Assembly (NCBI GenBank): GCA_944391885.1
Contig: CALXVE010000003.1
Location: 1-39,681, forward strand
Source of the DNA: an uncultured Clostridia bacterium
Lineage (GTDB): Bacteria; Bacillota; Clostridia; TANB77; CAG-508
DNA: 39,681 nt
Direction of reading: 5' to 3'
Position 1 is the first letter of the stretch. Each line of letters opens with the position of its first letter. Shown here in pieces: positions 1 to 9,812 of the stretch. A model generated the notes under the pieces. That model was given only the letters and a program-made list of their open reading frames with translations, was not told the DNA's origin and searched no databases. The translations under genes and the position numbers were made by a program.

Positions 1-298
1 GGTAATTTACAAGTGCGTTCATTGTGCAATCCATTGGATGAACATGGTTTTAAATTGTAATTTTCCCATCTTCCGCTTTTCTTATATTTTGCCCGTCTTC
101 AATTTTAAATCCGAATAATACCTTATTTAAAATCCATACAATCGGAGCAAAAATGTGAAATATTAAATTTGAAACCAAGTTAAATATACCGTTTTTACAA
201 ATAAACTTGTAATTATTGCTTATCTCAAACTTTAATGGTTCCCACATATGAAAAACTTGGTCGTCACCTTTTAATTTTTCATAATTTACTTCTTTCAT
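1..298 (-). pseudogene. Lysophospholipid/glycerolipid acyltransferase (PlsC superfamily) with in-frame TAA; runs off the window edge
   Basis: ORF 50..298 stops at TAA (50-52), but the same frame continues NHVHPMDCTMNALVNY. This gives ITI*NHVHPMD, the NHxxxxD catalytic motif. Confidence 0.75.
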
Positions 299-333
299 TT
301 TTTCATTTTCCTTTTCATATTATATTTTTTATC

Positions 334-1149
334 CTAGGCTTTTCTTTCCGCTATTTCTTCTTTAAACATTTCTTCCATTTTGTGAATACTATTTTCTATT
401 TTAAAATTCTCTGCAAATTTTGCATATTCTTTTTCCATTTTTTGTTTTTCTTCTGCATTATCTAACCAATAATCAATTTTATTTTTAAGTTCTTCGGTAT
501 TTCCTGCTTCAAAAAGGCTCCTTTCATCCAATGCAAATTGCTTTGTTGCAGATTGAGTACTTTTAGCAATTACAGGAACAAGTCCTGTTGCAATTGCCTC
601 TATGCAAGAAATGGCTTCTATTTCTGCATCTGAGGTATGCACATATAAATCTGTGTAACTTAGTAATTTTTTTAAATCTTCTTTTTTAAAAAAGTCCATA
701 ATAGGTTTATTTGCAAGTTTTTCACCCATTTTTGTATATTGTTTTTTCATTGGTCCATTTCCTGCAAAAACTAATTGAATTTTATTTGAATATTTTGATT
801 TTTTACTTGCTTCTATTAATAAATCCTGCCTCTTTTCTGCAGATAACCTTCCAACCATAGTAATTACAATTTTGTCTTTTAGTTCTTCTGGCTTTTCTGC
901 TCTATTATATACCCAGTCTGGTTCAATTCCATTTGATATAACATGCAATTTTGCTGTATATCCATGTTTTGATAATTCATCTGCAATTAACTTACTTGGG
1001 CAATGTATATGATTAAATCTATTAAAAAACTTATCTCTAAACAAATAATATATCTGGTCATTTACCTTTGTTTTTTTACCCAACCCAATAGTAATTGTAG
1101 TTCCGTTATTTGCTCCGTCATACTGGTCTATTACAACTAGTATATTCAT
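334..1149 (-). pseudogene. GT4 glycosyltransferase (glycolipid synthase-like) with probable in-frame internal deletion
   Basis: N-terminus MNILVVIDQYDGANNGTT and C-terminal GT4 motifs (VGRLSAEKRQ, EIEAISCIEAIATGLVPV) are present. It is only 271 aa and most of the N-terminal Rossmann domain is missing. Confidence 0.65.
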
Positions 1150-1311
1150 GCTTATCTAATTCCTTTAATTTTTTAATCTTTTGCACCTTTAAAGATTATA
1201 TCATATTTTTACAATTTTGGCTATTTTTTTATAAAATCTTTAATTTTTTGCTTTATACTCCATATATTTCCTTATATTTTTTAAGTTTTCCTTTTCTTTC
1301 TGAGTAAAATG

Positions 1312-1320
1312 CTGTATAAT
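1312..1320 (+). promoter_or_regulatory. Near-consensus extended -10 promoter element
   Basis: TATAAT at 1315-1320 with nearby TG, ~45 nt upstream of the ATG at 1365; RBS AGGAGA before the ATG. Confidence 0.4.
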
Positions 1321-1364
1321 ATGTGCATGTAATAATTAAGATGCGTCCCTAAAAGGAGATTTTT

Positions 1365-1901
1365 ATGCAAAAACTTAAATTAAGTAGATTTGAATTATAT
1401 GTATTATACTTTTTTATTTTTGCTTTTATTGGATGGCTAATGGAAACTGTTTATGCAATTTTTACTTTAGGTCATTTTGTTAAAAGAGGTTTTTTATATG
1501 GTCCTATTTGCCCCATATATGGTTATGGTGCTTTAATGCTTATTCTATTTTTGGCCAAATACCGCAAAAATAACTTAAAGCTTTTTATATATGCAGCGAT
1601 TATCTTTTCTGCATTTGAATATGTAGTAAGTTATGGGCTTGATGCATTATTTGCTATGCATTGGTGGGATTATACTAATAAATTTTTTAATTTAAATGGG
1701 CGTATTACTCTTTCTTTTTCTGTTGCATGGGGACTTATTGCAATTTTATTTATTAATCATATATACCCATTTTTAAAAAAGAAAGTTAATTTATTCTTAT
1801 CCAAATTTCCATATAGTTTGCAAATAACTATAGTTAGAGTGTTTTCACTAATTTTTGTTGTTGATACGGTTGCATCATTTATTAGATATTTAAGTATTTA
1901 A
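1365..1901 (+). CDS. Putative ABC-transporter permease-like membrane protein (CmpB/TMEM229, DUF1113 family)
   Basis: Motifs FFIFAFIGWLMET, RGFLYGPICPIYGYG and WWDYT..FNLNGRI; multiple TM helices. Confidence 0.85.
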   Translation: MQKLKLSRFELYVLYFFIFAFIGWLMETVYAIFTLGHFVKRGFLYGPICPIYGYGALMLILFLAKYRKNNLKLFIYAAIIFSAFEYVVSYGLDALFAMHWWDYTNKFFNLNGRITLSFSVAWGLIAILFINHIYPFLKKKVNLFLSKFPYSLQITIVRVFSLIFVVDTVASFIRYLSI

Positions 1902-1932
1902 AAATCCCACGATTAAATCTCGTGAGATTTTT
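1900..1932. terminator. Bidirectional intrinsic terminator between convergent genes
   Basis: AAAAATCCCACGA ... TCGTGAGATTTTT hairpin with A/T tails. Confidence 0.7.
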
Positions 1933-2518
1933 TTATTACTTTTGATAATGCTAATCCATCACCTATTTCCAAAATTTTTGACTCTAGATTTTGATTATTA
2001 TTAATTTCTGCAATATATTCTCTTAAATTATTAACTGCAGTGCGTTGTTTGTGTTTATTATAGTCACTCATAACATAGCCTTTGTATAAAATATTATCTG
2101 CTATTATTATGCTTCCTATGTGGCTTAGTCTAATTGCTTCACTTAGGAAAAATGGATATTTGCCCTTTGCAGCATCAATAAAAATAACATCATATTCCTC
2201 AGTCAAAGTTGGTAAAATTTCTACCGCATCACCTTCATAAATGCAAATTTTATCTTCTACTTCTGCCTTTTTTATATTCTCTCTTGCTTCTTTTACTCTA
2301 TCAGATTCTCTTTCTATAGTGTCAATTCTGCCTTCTTGTCCTAAATACTCGGAAAAGCAGATGGCTGAATATCCAACTGCTGTTCCTATTTCTAATATTC
2401 TATTTGGTCTTTCCTTTTTTAAAATTTCAGCTACAACATCTAAAGTATCATCCATAATGATTGGAATATGTTCATCTAGTGCCTTTTGCTTAATTTTAAT
2501 TAATTCTTCCTTGTTCAT
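1913..2518 (-). CDS. SAM-dependent O-methyltransferase (YrrM/TrmR-like)
   Basis: HIPII, ILEIGTAVGYSA, YDVIFIDAAKGKY and IADNIL motifs. Confidence 0.85.
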   Translation of the reverse strand: MNKEELIKIKQKALDEHIPIIMDDTLDVVAEILKKERPNRILEIGTAVGYSAICFSEYLGQEGRIDTIERESDRVKEARENIKKAEVEDKICIYEGDAVEILPTLTEEYDVIFIDAAKGKYPFFLSEAIRLSHIGSIIIADNILYKGYVMSDYNKHKQRTAVNNLREYIAEINNNQNLESKILEIGDGLALSKVIKKSHEI

Positions 2519-2543
2519 ATATTTGTGTCCTCTTAATTATTTT

Positions 2544-4364
2544 TTAACTGGTGGTTCTTCTAGCCATCCTTTCCCTTGTCTTATTATCTAATATTTTCTT
2601 TCTTAAACGAATATTTTTTGGTGTTACTTCCACAAGTTCATCTTCTGCAATAAATTCAATCGCCTTTTCTAGAGACATTTGAATTGGTGGAACTAAACGT
2701 AACGCATCATCTGAACCAGAAGCTCTAGTATTTGTTAAATGTTTTTCTTTGCATACATTTATAGAGATATCTTCATTTCTTGAATTTATACCTACTATCA
2801 TACCTTCATATACTTCTACACCTGCTCCAATTAGTAATTCTCCTCTTTCTTGAGCATTGTATAATCCATAAGTAATAGAAGTTCCTGGTTCGAAAGCTAC
2901 TAAAACACCTCTTGTTCTTGATTGTATTTCGCCTTTATATGGCTCATATGAATCGAAAATGCTGTTCATTGTTCCTTCACCTTTTGTGTCTGTTAGAAAT
3001 TCTGTCCTATAACCAATTAGTCCTCTTGCAGGAATTTTAAATTCCACTTTAGTGTGTCCAATTTCAGCAGGTTCCATATTAAGCATTTCTGCTTTTCTTC
3101 TACCTAATTTTTCAATTACATTTCCTATGCAGTCATCAGGTACATTTACAACTAATCTTTCAATTGGTTCACATTTTACTCCATCAATTTCTTTAAAAAT
3201 AACCTTTGGACGAGACACTAAAAGTTCAAAACCTTCTCTTCTCATTGTTTCAATAAGTACAGATAAATGTAATTCTCCACGTCCACAAACTTCAAAGCTA
3301 TCTGGTGTATCAGTTTCTTTTACACGTAAGCTTACATTTCTTTCAAGTTCTTTAAATAATCTATCACGAATATGCCTTGAAGTAACAAATTGTCCTTCTC
3401 TACCAGCAAGTGGTCCATTATTTACACTAAATGTCATAGATACTGTAGGTTCATCAATATCTACAAATTCTATTTTTTCAGGATTATTAATATCACAAAT
3501 TGTCTCACCAATATTAATATCTGGAATACCAGAAGTACAAACAATATCACCTGCTCCTACTTCTTCTACTTCAACTCTTTTTAATCCTTGATAGGTAAAT
3601 AGTTTTGCAATTTTTCCTTGTGCAACTTTGCCATCTCTTTTGCAAACACTAACTGCCATACCAGCTTTTATTGTGCCACGCTCTACTCTACCAACTGCAA
3701 TTCTTCCCAAATAATCATCATAGTCAATATTAGAAACTAGCATTTGCATTGTTCCCTCTTGCTCACAAGCAGGTGGGTTAATAGTTTTTATAATAGTATC
3801 AAAAATACAAGTAACATTGTCGCTTTCGTCTTCTAAATTCATTTTTGCAATACCATTTTTAGCAGAAGCATAAATTACTGGAAAATCTAATTGCTCATCA
3901 TTTGCATTTAGCTCAATAAATAACTCTAGAACTTGATCTACAACTTTTAAAGGATTTGCACCTGGTCTATCTATTTTATTAATAACAACAATTGGTTTTA
4001 AATTTAAAGCCAATGATTTTTTTAAAACCTCTCTTGTTTGTGGCATTGGTCCTTCAAAAGCATCAACTAAAAGAAGTACACCATCTACCATTTTAAGTAC
4101 ACGTTCTACTTCTCCACCAAAATCTGCATGCCCTGGGGTGTCCACTATATTAATTTTAACACCATTATACATAACAGAAGTATTTTTTGAAAGAATTGTA
4201 ATACCTCTTTCCTTTTCAATATCTCCTGAATCCATTACTCTTTCAGCTACTTGTTCATTTTCCCTAAAAATATGGCTTTGCCTTAAAAGTGCATCTACTA
4301 ATGTAGTTTTTCCATGGTCTACGTGTGCAATAATTGCTATGTTTCTAATATTTTGATTGTTCAT
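2544..4364 (-). CDS. typA: Translational GTPase TypA/BipA
   Basis: IRNIAIIAHVDHGKTTLVD, ERGITILSKN, DTPGHADFGGEVER, GRGELHL and C-terminal LVEVTPKNIRLRK. Confidence 0.98.
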   Translation of the reverse strand: MNNQNIRNIAIIAHVDHGKTTLVDALLRQSHIFRENEQVAERVMDSGDIEKERGITILSKNTSVMYNGVKINIVDTPGHADFGGEVERVLKMVDGVLLLVDAFEGPMPQTREVLKKSLALNLKPIVVINKIDRPGANPLKVVDQVLELFIELNANDEQLDFPVIYASAKNGIAKMNLEDESDNVTCIFDTIIKTINPPACEQEGTMQMLVSNIDYDDYLGRIAVGRVERGTIKAGMAVSVCKRDGKVAQGKIAKLFTYQGLKRVEVEEVGAGDIVCTSGIPDINIGETICDINNPEKIEFVDIDEPTVSMTFSVNNGPLAGREGQFVTSRHIRDRLFKELERNVSLRVKETDTPDSFEVCGRGELHLSVLIETMRREGFELLVSRPKVIFKEIDGVKCEPIERLVVNVPDDCIGNVIEKLGRRKAEMLNMEPAEIGHTKVEFKIPARGLIGYRTEFLTDTKGEGTMNSIFDSYEPYKGEIQSRTRGVLVAFEPGTSITYGLYNAQERGELLIGAGVEVYEGMIVGINSRNEDISINVCKEKHLTNTRASGSDDALRLVPPIQMSLEKAIEFIAEDELVEVTPKNIRLRKKILDNKTRERMARRTTS

Positions 4365-4511
4365 TTCTATTACCCCTTATATATTTTTTATTTATCACAT
4401 ATTTGTATTATAAAACTTAAATTATATGATTTTTACTGCAAAAAATATAGTGAAAATTTAATTACTCACTATATTTTTATTTTTTCTAAATTCAACATAT
4501 ATTATTATACT

Positions 4512-5099
4512 CTAGTTCTTTTCCTTTGTCAACATAATTATGTTATCCATAATCTCTTTGCTAACTTTATCTAAAACCTCTTTTTCTGGTTTATTTGAAT
4601 AATATTCACTAAAATCTAAAGGTTTGCCATAATTAAGAGTCACCTTATGAAATGGCTTCATCTCACCTTGAATTCCAACTGGAATCACTGGAACTTTCCC
4701 CTTTAAAGCCATAAATGCAGCACCATTTTGTGCTTTTCCGTTTTTTTCCATACCATGTCTAGTTCCTTCTGGGAATATCATTAAAATATGACCTTCTTTT
4801 AGCACTTTTAAGGAAAATTTTAATGATTCAATGTCCATCTTTCCCCTTTTAACAGGGAACACCCAACATTTTTTAGCAAACCATTTTATAAAGCCATTTT
4901 TAAATAATTCTTGTTTTGCCATAATATACATTTTTCTTTTAGAACATGACACTATAATTGGTGGATCCCAATTTGACTGGTGATTTGCACACATTATATA
5001 TGCTCCAGTTTTTGGCACATTTTCTTCTCCAACTTTTTTCACTCTAAAAACTATATATGAAAAAATACGTACTAAAAATACAACAATTGCTCTAATCAT
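4512..5099 (-). CDS. plsC: 1-acyl-sn-glycerol-3-phosphate acyltransferase
   Basis: NHQSNWD and IFPEGTR motifs. Confidence 0.9.
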   Translation of the reverse strand: MIRAIVVFLVRIFSYIVFRVKKVGEENVPKTGAYIMCANHQSNWDPPIIVSCSKRKMYIMAKQELFKNGFIKWFAKKCWVFPVKRGKMDIESLKFSLKVLKEGHILMIFPEGTRHGMEKNGKAQNGAAFMALKGKVPVIPVGIQGEMKPFHKVTLNYGKPLDFSEYYSNKPEKEVLDKVSKEIMDNIIMLTKEKN

Positions 5100-5134
5100 A
5101 ATTTGTTTCCTTCCAATATAATAAAGTCAAATAT

Positions 5135-5162
5135 ATTTTAACATAGCATATCTTAATGTCAA
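5135..5162 (-). promoter_or_regulatory. sigma-A promoter for plsC
   Basis: Minus strand TTGACA-16 nt-TAAAAT with TG extension. Confidence 0.55.
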
Positions 5163-5167
5163 GTTTT

Positions 5168-5282
5168 TATTTTCTATTTTTTAGCACCTGTGTCATTAAT
5201 GCATCTTGTAATGTTTCATTTTTTCTTCACCACAATCCCAGCTTGCTTTAGTATAGCATTAAGGGTTCCTTTCTTTATATTT
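5168..5282 (-). pseudogene. Fused remnants of HicA toxin C-terminus and HicB-like C-terminus
   Basis: Minus strand reads NIKKGTLNAILKQAGI (HicA C-terminal signature), then in another frame ETLQDALMTQVLKNRK* (resembles the HicB C-terminal helix). No start codons. Confidence 0.6.
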
Positions 5283-5585
5283 CTAATCTTTCTGCTTATT
5301 TTTAAGTTGCTCTAGTGGTACAATTCGTATGGTATAGCCCATAGGATATAATAATTTAAATAACGTATCTATCCTTGGAGAATTAGTATGCTTTTCTATT
5401 CTAGCTATTACAGGTTGCTTAATTCCAGTTAGTTTGCTTAATTGTTGTTGTGTAAGATTATTCTTCTTTCTCGCCTCTATAGTTGCTTTTATTATTTCTT
5501 CTTCCATTTTAATTTCTTCTTTTTCTTCTGGAGTAAATTTCAAACTTGCTTTTACTTCTTTCCAAGTCAATTCTTTCTCGCTCAT
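5283..5585 (-). CDS. XRE-family HTH antitoxin (HigA-like)
   Basis: IEARKKNNLTQQQLSKLTGIKQPVIARIE..PRIDTLFKLL HTH; directly downstream of a toxin remnant. Confidence 0.85.
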   Translation of the reverse strand: MSEKELTWKEVKASLKFTPEEKEEIKMEEEIIKATIEARKKNNLTQQQLSKLTGIKQPVIARIEKHTNSPRIDTLFKLLYPMGYTIRIVPLEQLKNKQKD

Positions 5586-5589
5586 TTTT

Positions 5590-5730
5590 CTATCTCCTTT
5601 TCATATAATCTTCTAAACACTTCTTTGCTTTTATAATTTCATATTTAGGTGTTTTTTGCGTTTTTTTCATAAAGCATGTTAATATTACAAATTTATTATT
5701 ATCTAGATAAGCAAAAAGTATTTTATACAT
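5590..5730 (-). pseudogene. HigB/RelE-like (Gp49/DUF891) toxin, internally deleted (46 aa)
   Basis: Not in the ORF track. RBS GAGGTG, then MYKILFAYLDNNKFVILTCFMKKTQKTPKYEIIKAKKCLEDYMKRR*. FMKKTQKTP is the Gp49-family hallmark. Confidence 0.8.
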
Positions 5731-5763
5731 TAAATTGTTGCACCTCTTTCATGGCACATATTT

Positions 5764-5793
5764 ATTATAACATATTTGTTATAATTGTGTCAA
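5764..5793 (-). promoter_or_regulatory. TA operon promoter with overlapping palindromic operator
   Basis: TTGACA-18 nt-TATAAT with TG extension; inverted repeat ATTATAAC-N6-GTTATAAT at 5764-5785. Confidence 0.7.
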
Positions 5794-6012
5794 TCAATTT
5801 TATTTTCTTTTCTGGGAAATTTTTAAGAAAAAATTTCTTATAGAATTTTAAAAATATTTAGATTTTAAATATAAACTTATAATACCCTTGTATTACCATA
5901 TTGTCAACAAAAATCGTTCGACAAATTATTACAAAATGTGACAAATTGCATTTGCTTTACAAAATTACTTTTTAACTTTTCATTGCACAGCCCAATAAAA
6001 GCTAACTATAAA

Positions 6013-6042
6013 TAAAAGGATACCTTTTACAGTATCCTTTTA
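6013..6042 (-). terminator. Intrinsic terminator at the end of the polysaccharide locus
   Basis: TAAAAGGATAC-N8-GTATCCTTTTA perfect inverted repeat. Confidence 0.75.
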
Positions 6043-6051
6043 AAAATATAC

Positions 6052-7494
6052 CTATTCTCCCATAACAGCCTTAATTTTTTGTGTTGCACTTGTTACAGAA
6101 CTTGAATTTGGCACCATTACATACAATTGTTGACTACCCATAGAATATGTTGAAGAACTAGCACCTGTTCCTGTTAACGCATTAGTCGTAATCTTCCATG
6201 AAGACATATTATTTAATTGTTCCCTTACTAAACTACTAATTTCATCCTGCTTAATATTAGTTTGGAAACTTCCTTCCAATGAATTCAATATACTTGTATA
6301 TTTAGTTAAAATAGTATTACTATTTAGTACTTTTTTAATAATAGCCTCTATTACATGTTGCTGATTTTTAACTCTTTGATTATCGCCACTTGCAAAAGAA
6401 TATCTTTCTCTACTAAATGCTAATGCTTGATCCCCATTAACATGATTATAACCTTTATTAAATGAATAACCTTGAGTAGTAAAAGCATAATCTGAGTATA
6501 CATCAACACCACCTAAAGTATCTACTAATTTGATAACAGTTGTAAAGTTTACACGTACATAGTAATTAATATCAACATCTAACAAATCTTCCACTGTTGA
6601 AACAGTTTCATTAATACCATAAATACCAGAGTGTGTTAATTTATCTTTTGCACCATAGCTATGAAGTGTTACATAATAATCTCTTGGAATTGAGGTAAGC
6701 AGTACTTCATGAGTATTAGTATTAATTGTAGCTAAAATATTTGCGTCACTTCTTGCTACATTTGTTATATTTCCAGAAGTATCTATACCACTAATATATA
6801 CATTAAATATTCCATTATCTATGCTATATTTTGAGCCAGAACTTCCTTCATTTTTAGTTACTTCAAGCTCATGCTTTGCAGTATAAAGAATTTTAGTATC
6901 AGATTTAAAGCCTTTAATTTCTTCATCTAAAATATCATATTGCACTGAACTTATAAAGATAATATCTATATTCTCATCAATTAAGCTGTTTCCTAAATCA
7001 GTTAAGCTATCTTCTGTTTTATAAGTTACTTTTACTTTGCTATCTATTTCTTCTTTTACATCATCCACTACTTGGAATAAATAAACATCTTCATTTTCTA
7101 TATCCTCTATAGCATCATACTCACTATCTTTTCTTACAACAACATAATATTCCTCTGTTTCCGCAACAATTTTAAATACATTGCTTAAAAAGTCATCAGT
7201 TGCTAGAGTGTAATTTGTTACATACAAATATACACCAGATAAAAGTAATATAATTAAAAAACATATTATATTCATTGTTGGCTTTTTATGAGTTTTTACT
7301 AAACCAATTACCATTGCAAATGTAAATATAATTACAGCTACTGTAAAAATTGTTACATACATACCTGGTAGCATGTCTAATTTTAGTACTGAAATATAAA
7401 ATATTATTGTAATAACAACAAATACAAATGCTATTAACTTTAGAAAAGCATCTAATTTTCCGTTTCTTTTAGTTTTCTTTTTATTATTACTCAT
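6052..7494 (-). CDS. LCP (LytR-CpsA-Psr) family glycopolymer-peptidoglycan ligase, CpsA-like
   Basis: Three N-terminal TM helices; FNVYISGID, RSDANI, SIPRDYYV, DKLTH, ALAFSRERY and GDNQRVKNQQ motifs. Confidence 0.92.
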   Translation of the reverse strand: MSNNKKKTKRNGKLDAFLKLIAFVFVVITIIFYISVLKLDMLPGMYVTIFTVAVIIFTFAMVIGLVKTHKKPTMNIICFLIILLLSGVYLYVTNYTLATDDFLSNVFKIVAETEEYYVVVRKDSEYDAIEDIENEDVYLFQVVDDVKEEIDSKVKVTYKTEDSLTDLGNSLIDENIDIIFISSVQYDILDEEIKGFKSDTKILYTAKHELEVTKNEGSSGSKYSIDNGIFNVYISGIDTSGNITNVARSDANILATINTNTHEVLLTSIPRDYYVTLHSYGAKDKLTHSGIYGINETVSTVEDLLDVDINYYVRVNFTTVIKLVDTLGGVDVYSDYAFTTQGYSFNKGYNHVNGDQALAFSRERYSFASGDNQRVKNQQHVIEAIIKKVLNSNTILTKYTSILNSLEGSFQTNIKQDEISSLVREQLNNMSSWKITTNALTGTGASSSTYSMGSQQLYVMVPNSSSVTSATQKIKAVMGE

Positions 7495-7520
7495 TTAAGG
7501 CCTCCTTCAATATGAGTTGT

Positions 7521-8816
7521 TTATCTTCCTATAGAATAATATTCCACTTCCGCCTTTTTCATTTCATCCAATTTATATATATTTCTACCATCATAAACTA
7601 AAGGCGTTTTCATTAATTTTTTATAAATTTCAGGTTTAATAGATTTTATTTCATTCCATTCCGTAAATATAAAACATACATTAGCATCATCTAGCGCCTC
7701 TTCCGGATTGCTTACATATATTATTTCATTTGGATATTTCTTTTTAAAATTTTCTATTCCAACAGGGTCATAAGCATATATTTTTGCCCCTTGCCTTAAT
7801 AATAGTTCAATATTATCCAAAGATGGTGCTTCTCTTAAATCATCAGTTCCAGGTTTAAAAGTTAATCCCAAAACAGCTACTTTTAATCCATTAAAGGTAA
7901 TAAGTCGCTCAGTTGCTTTTTTATATAATCTTGTTTTTTGAATAGCATTTACATCCACAGCTGCTTCTACAGTTTTTAATGTATATCCATATTGCTTTGC
8001 CAAATATTTTAAAGCTTTAGTATCTTTAGGAAAGCAACTTCCGCCATAACCTATACCAGCTCTTAAAAAGTTTGAACCTATCCTATCATCATATTTCATT
8101 CCTTCTGCAACATCTTCTATGTTAGCTCCTACTAGTTCGCAGAGATTCGCAATGTCATTCATATAAGAAATTTTTAGTGCCAAAAAATCATTTGAAGCAT
8201 ATTTAATCATTTCTGCACTTCTTCTATTTACAGAAACTATTGGTAAGTTAAACGGTTTATATATTTCTATTAATTTTTTCTCTGCTTCTTTGCTTTCTGT
8301 TCCTATAACTATTCTTTTAGCTTGTAAAGTATCTTTTACAGCGGTACCTTGTGCCAGAAATTCAGGATTACTTGCCACTTCTACTTTTATACTTTTATTT
8401 ACTAATGAGTCTTTTATAAATTGTTCTACTTTATCATTTGTTCCTATTGGAACTGTAGATTTTACAACTACTAAACAATCATGTTCTATTGACTCTGCAA
8501 TTTGTCTAGAAACATTTGCTACATAACTCAAGTTAGCAGAACCATCTGGTTGTTCTGGAGTTCCTACCCCTATAAATATTGCATCCGCATTTTTATAGGC
8601 CATTTTATAATCTGTAGTATAGTCTATTCTCCCTTCTTTATAGTTTTTTTGCATCAATTTTTCTAAATCTTGTTCATAAATTGGCGATTTTCCGCCTTTC
8701 ATCATTTCTACTTTGTTTTCGTCAACGTCAACACATATTACATTATGTCCTTTTTCTGCAAAGCATACTCCTGCAACTAATCCTACATATCCTGTACCTG
8801 CTACTGCTATTTTCAT
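7521..8816 (-). CDS. ugd: UDP-glucose 6-dehydrogenase
   Basis: GTGYVGL, SNPEFL, GYGGSCFPKD and FKPGTDDLRE motifs. Confidence 0.93.
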   Translation of the reverse strand: MKIAVAGTGYVGLVAGVCFAEKGHNVICVDVDENKVEMMKGGKSPIYEQDLEKLMQKNYKEGRIDYTTDYKMAYKNADAIFIGVGTPEQPDGSANLSYVANVSRQIAESIEHDCLVVVKSTVPIGTNDKVEQFIKDSLVNKSIKVEVASNPEFLAQGTAVKDTLQAKRIVIGTESKEAEKKLIEIYKPFNLPIVSVNRRSAEMIKYASNDFLALKISYMNDIANLCELVGANIEDVAEGMKYDDRIGSNFLRAGIGYGGSCFPKDTKALKYLAKQYGYTLKTVEAAVDVNAIQKTRLYKKATERLITFNGLKVAVLGLTFKPGTDDLREAPSLDNIELLLRQGAKIYAYDPVGIENFKKKYPNEIIYVSNPEEALDDANVCFIFTEWNEIKSIKPEIYKKLMKTPLVYDGRNIYKLDEMKKAEVEYYSIGR

Positions 8817-8837
8817 TTTTACAAATCCTCCTAATTT

Positions 8838-9812
8838 TTATAAATATAATTCTTTATTTATTTTATACCATTTTACAAAATTTTCAATACCTTTTCTAAA
8901 AGAAATACTAGGATTGTATCCTATTAATTTTTTTGCCTTTGAAACATCTGCATATGTTCTTTCCACATCACCTGGTTGCATAGGTAACTGCTTTATTTTA
9001 GGTTTAACATTTAATGTTTCTCCTATAGTATTAATCATTTCTTTTAAAGATGTTGGAGAAGAGTTTCCTATATTTAAAATTTCATAAACATTATTATTAT
9101 TTATAACATAATTACAAGATTTAATTACTCCGTCAACAATGTCATCTATATATGTGTAATCTCTTGATGTTGTGCCATCTCCAAACATAGGTATTTCTTC
9201 ATCTTCTAACATAAGTCTAGTAAATTTATTTATTGCTAAGTCAGGTCTTTGTTTTGGTCCATAAACTGTAAAAAATCTAAGCATCATAATATTCATATTA
9301 TATAACTTATGATATACATGTGCCATAACTTCATTTGCTTTTTTAGTTGCAGCATATGGACTAATTGCAAAATCTACTACCATATCTTCTTTAAAAGGTA
9401 CTTCTTTGCAATTTCCATATACGCTACTAGAAGAAGCAAATACACCATTTTTTATTCCGTGTAACTTCATTTCTTCTAAAATATTTTGAGTTCCCATACA
9501 ATTTACTTCTTGATATAGTACTGGATTTTCTATTGATGGTCTTACACCTGCCATAGCTGCTAAATGTATTACTACGTCAATATTATTTTCATCAAATATT
9601 TTTTTTATGGCTTGTCTATCTCTAATGTCATTTCTATATAATTTATAATTAATATTTGTTATACAGTTTTTAATATTATTTTCTTTTATTCTTTCATCAT
9701 AAAAGTCACAAAAGTTATCTATTGTTACAACTTTATTTTTCTCTTGCAATAATTTTTCAGCTAAGCTCGAACCTATAAAGCCAGCTCCACCTGTAATAAA
9801 ATATGTTTTCAT
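8838..9812 (-). CDS. NAD-dependent epimerase, UDP-glucuronate 4-epimerase-like
   Basis: TGGAGFIG, HLAAMAGVRPS, SPYAATKK, LRFFTVYGP..RPDLA and QPGDV motifs. Likely start at 9812 (ATGA overlap with the upstream stop). Confidence 0.85.
   Translation of the reverse strand: MKTYFITGGAGFIGSSLAEKLLQEKNKVVTIDNFCDFYDERIKENNIKNCITNINYKLYRNDIRDRQAIKKIFDENNIDVVIHLAAMAGVRPSIENPVLYQEVNCMGTQNILEEMKLHGIKNGVFASSSSVYGNCKEVPFKEDMVVDFAISPYAATKKANEVMAHVYHKLYNMNIMMLRFFTVYGPKQRPDLAINKFTRLMLEDEEIPMFGDGTTSRDYTYIDDIVDGVIKSCNYVINNNNVYEILNIGNSSPTSLKEMINTIGETLNVKPKIKQLPMQPGDVERTYADVSKAKKLIGYNPSISFRKGIENFVKWYKINKELYL

Noticed and set aside
50-52. TAA read-through or stop-codon reassignment
   Set aside because: TAA terminates many intact genes in this window; a point mutation or sequencing error is simpler.
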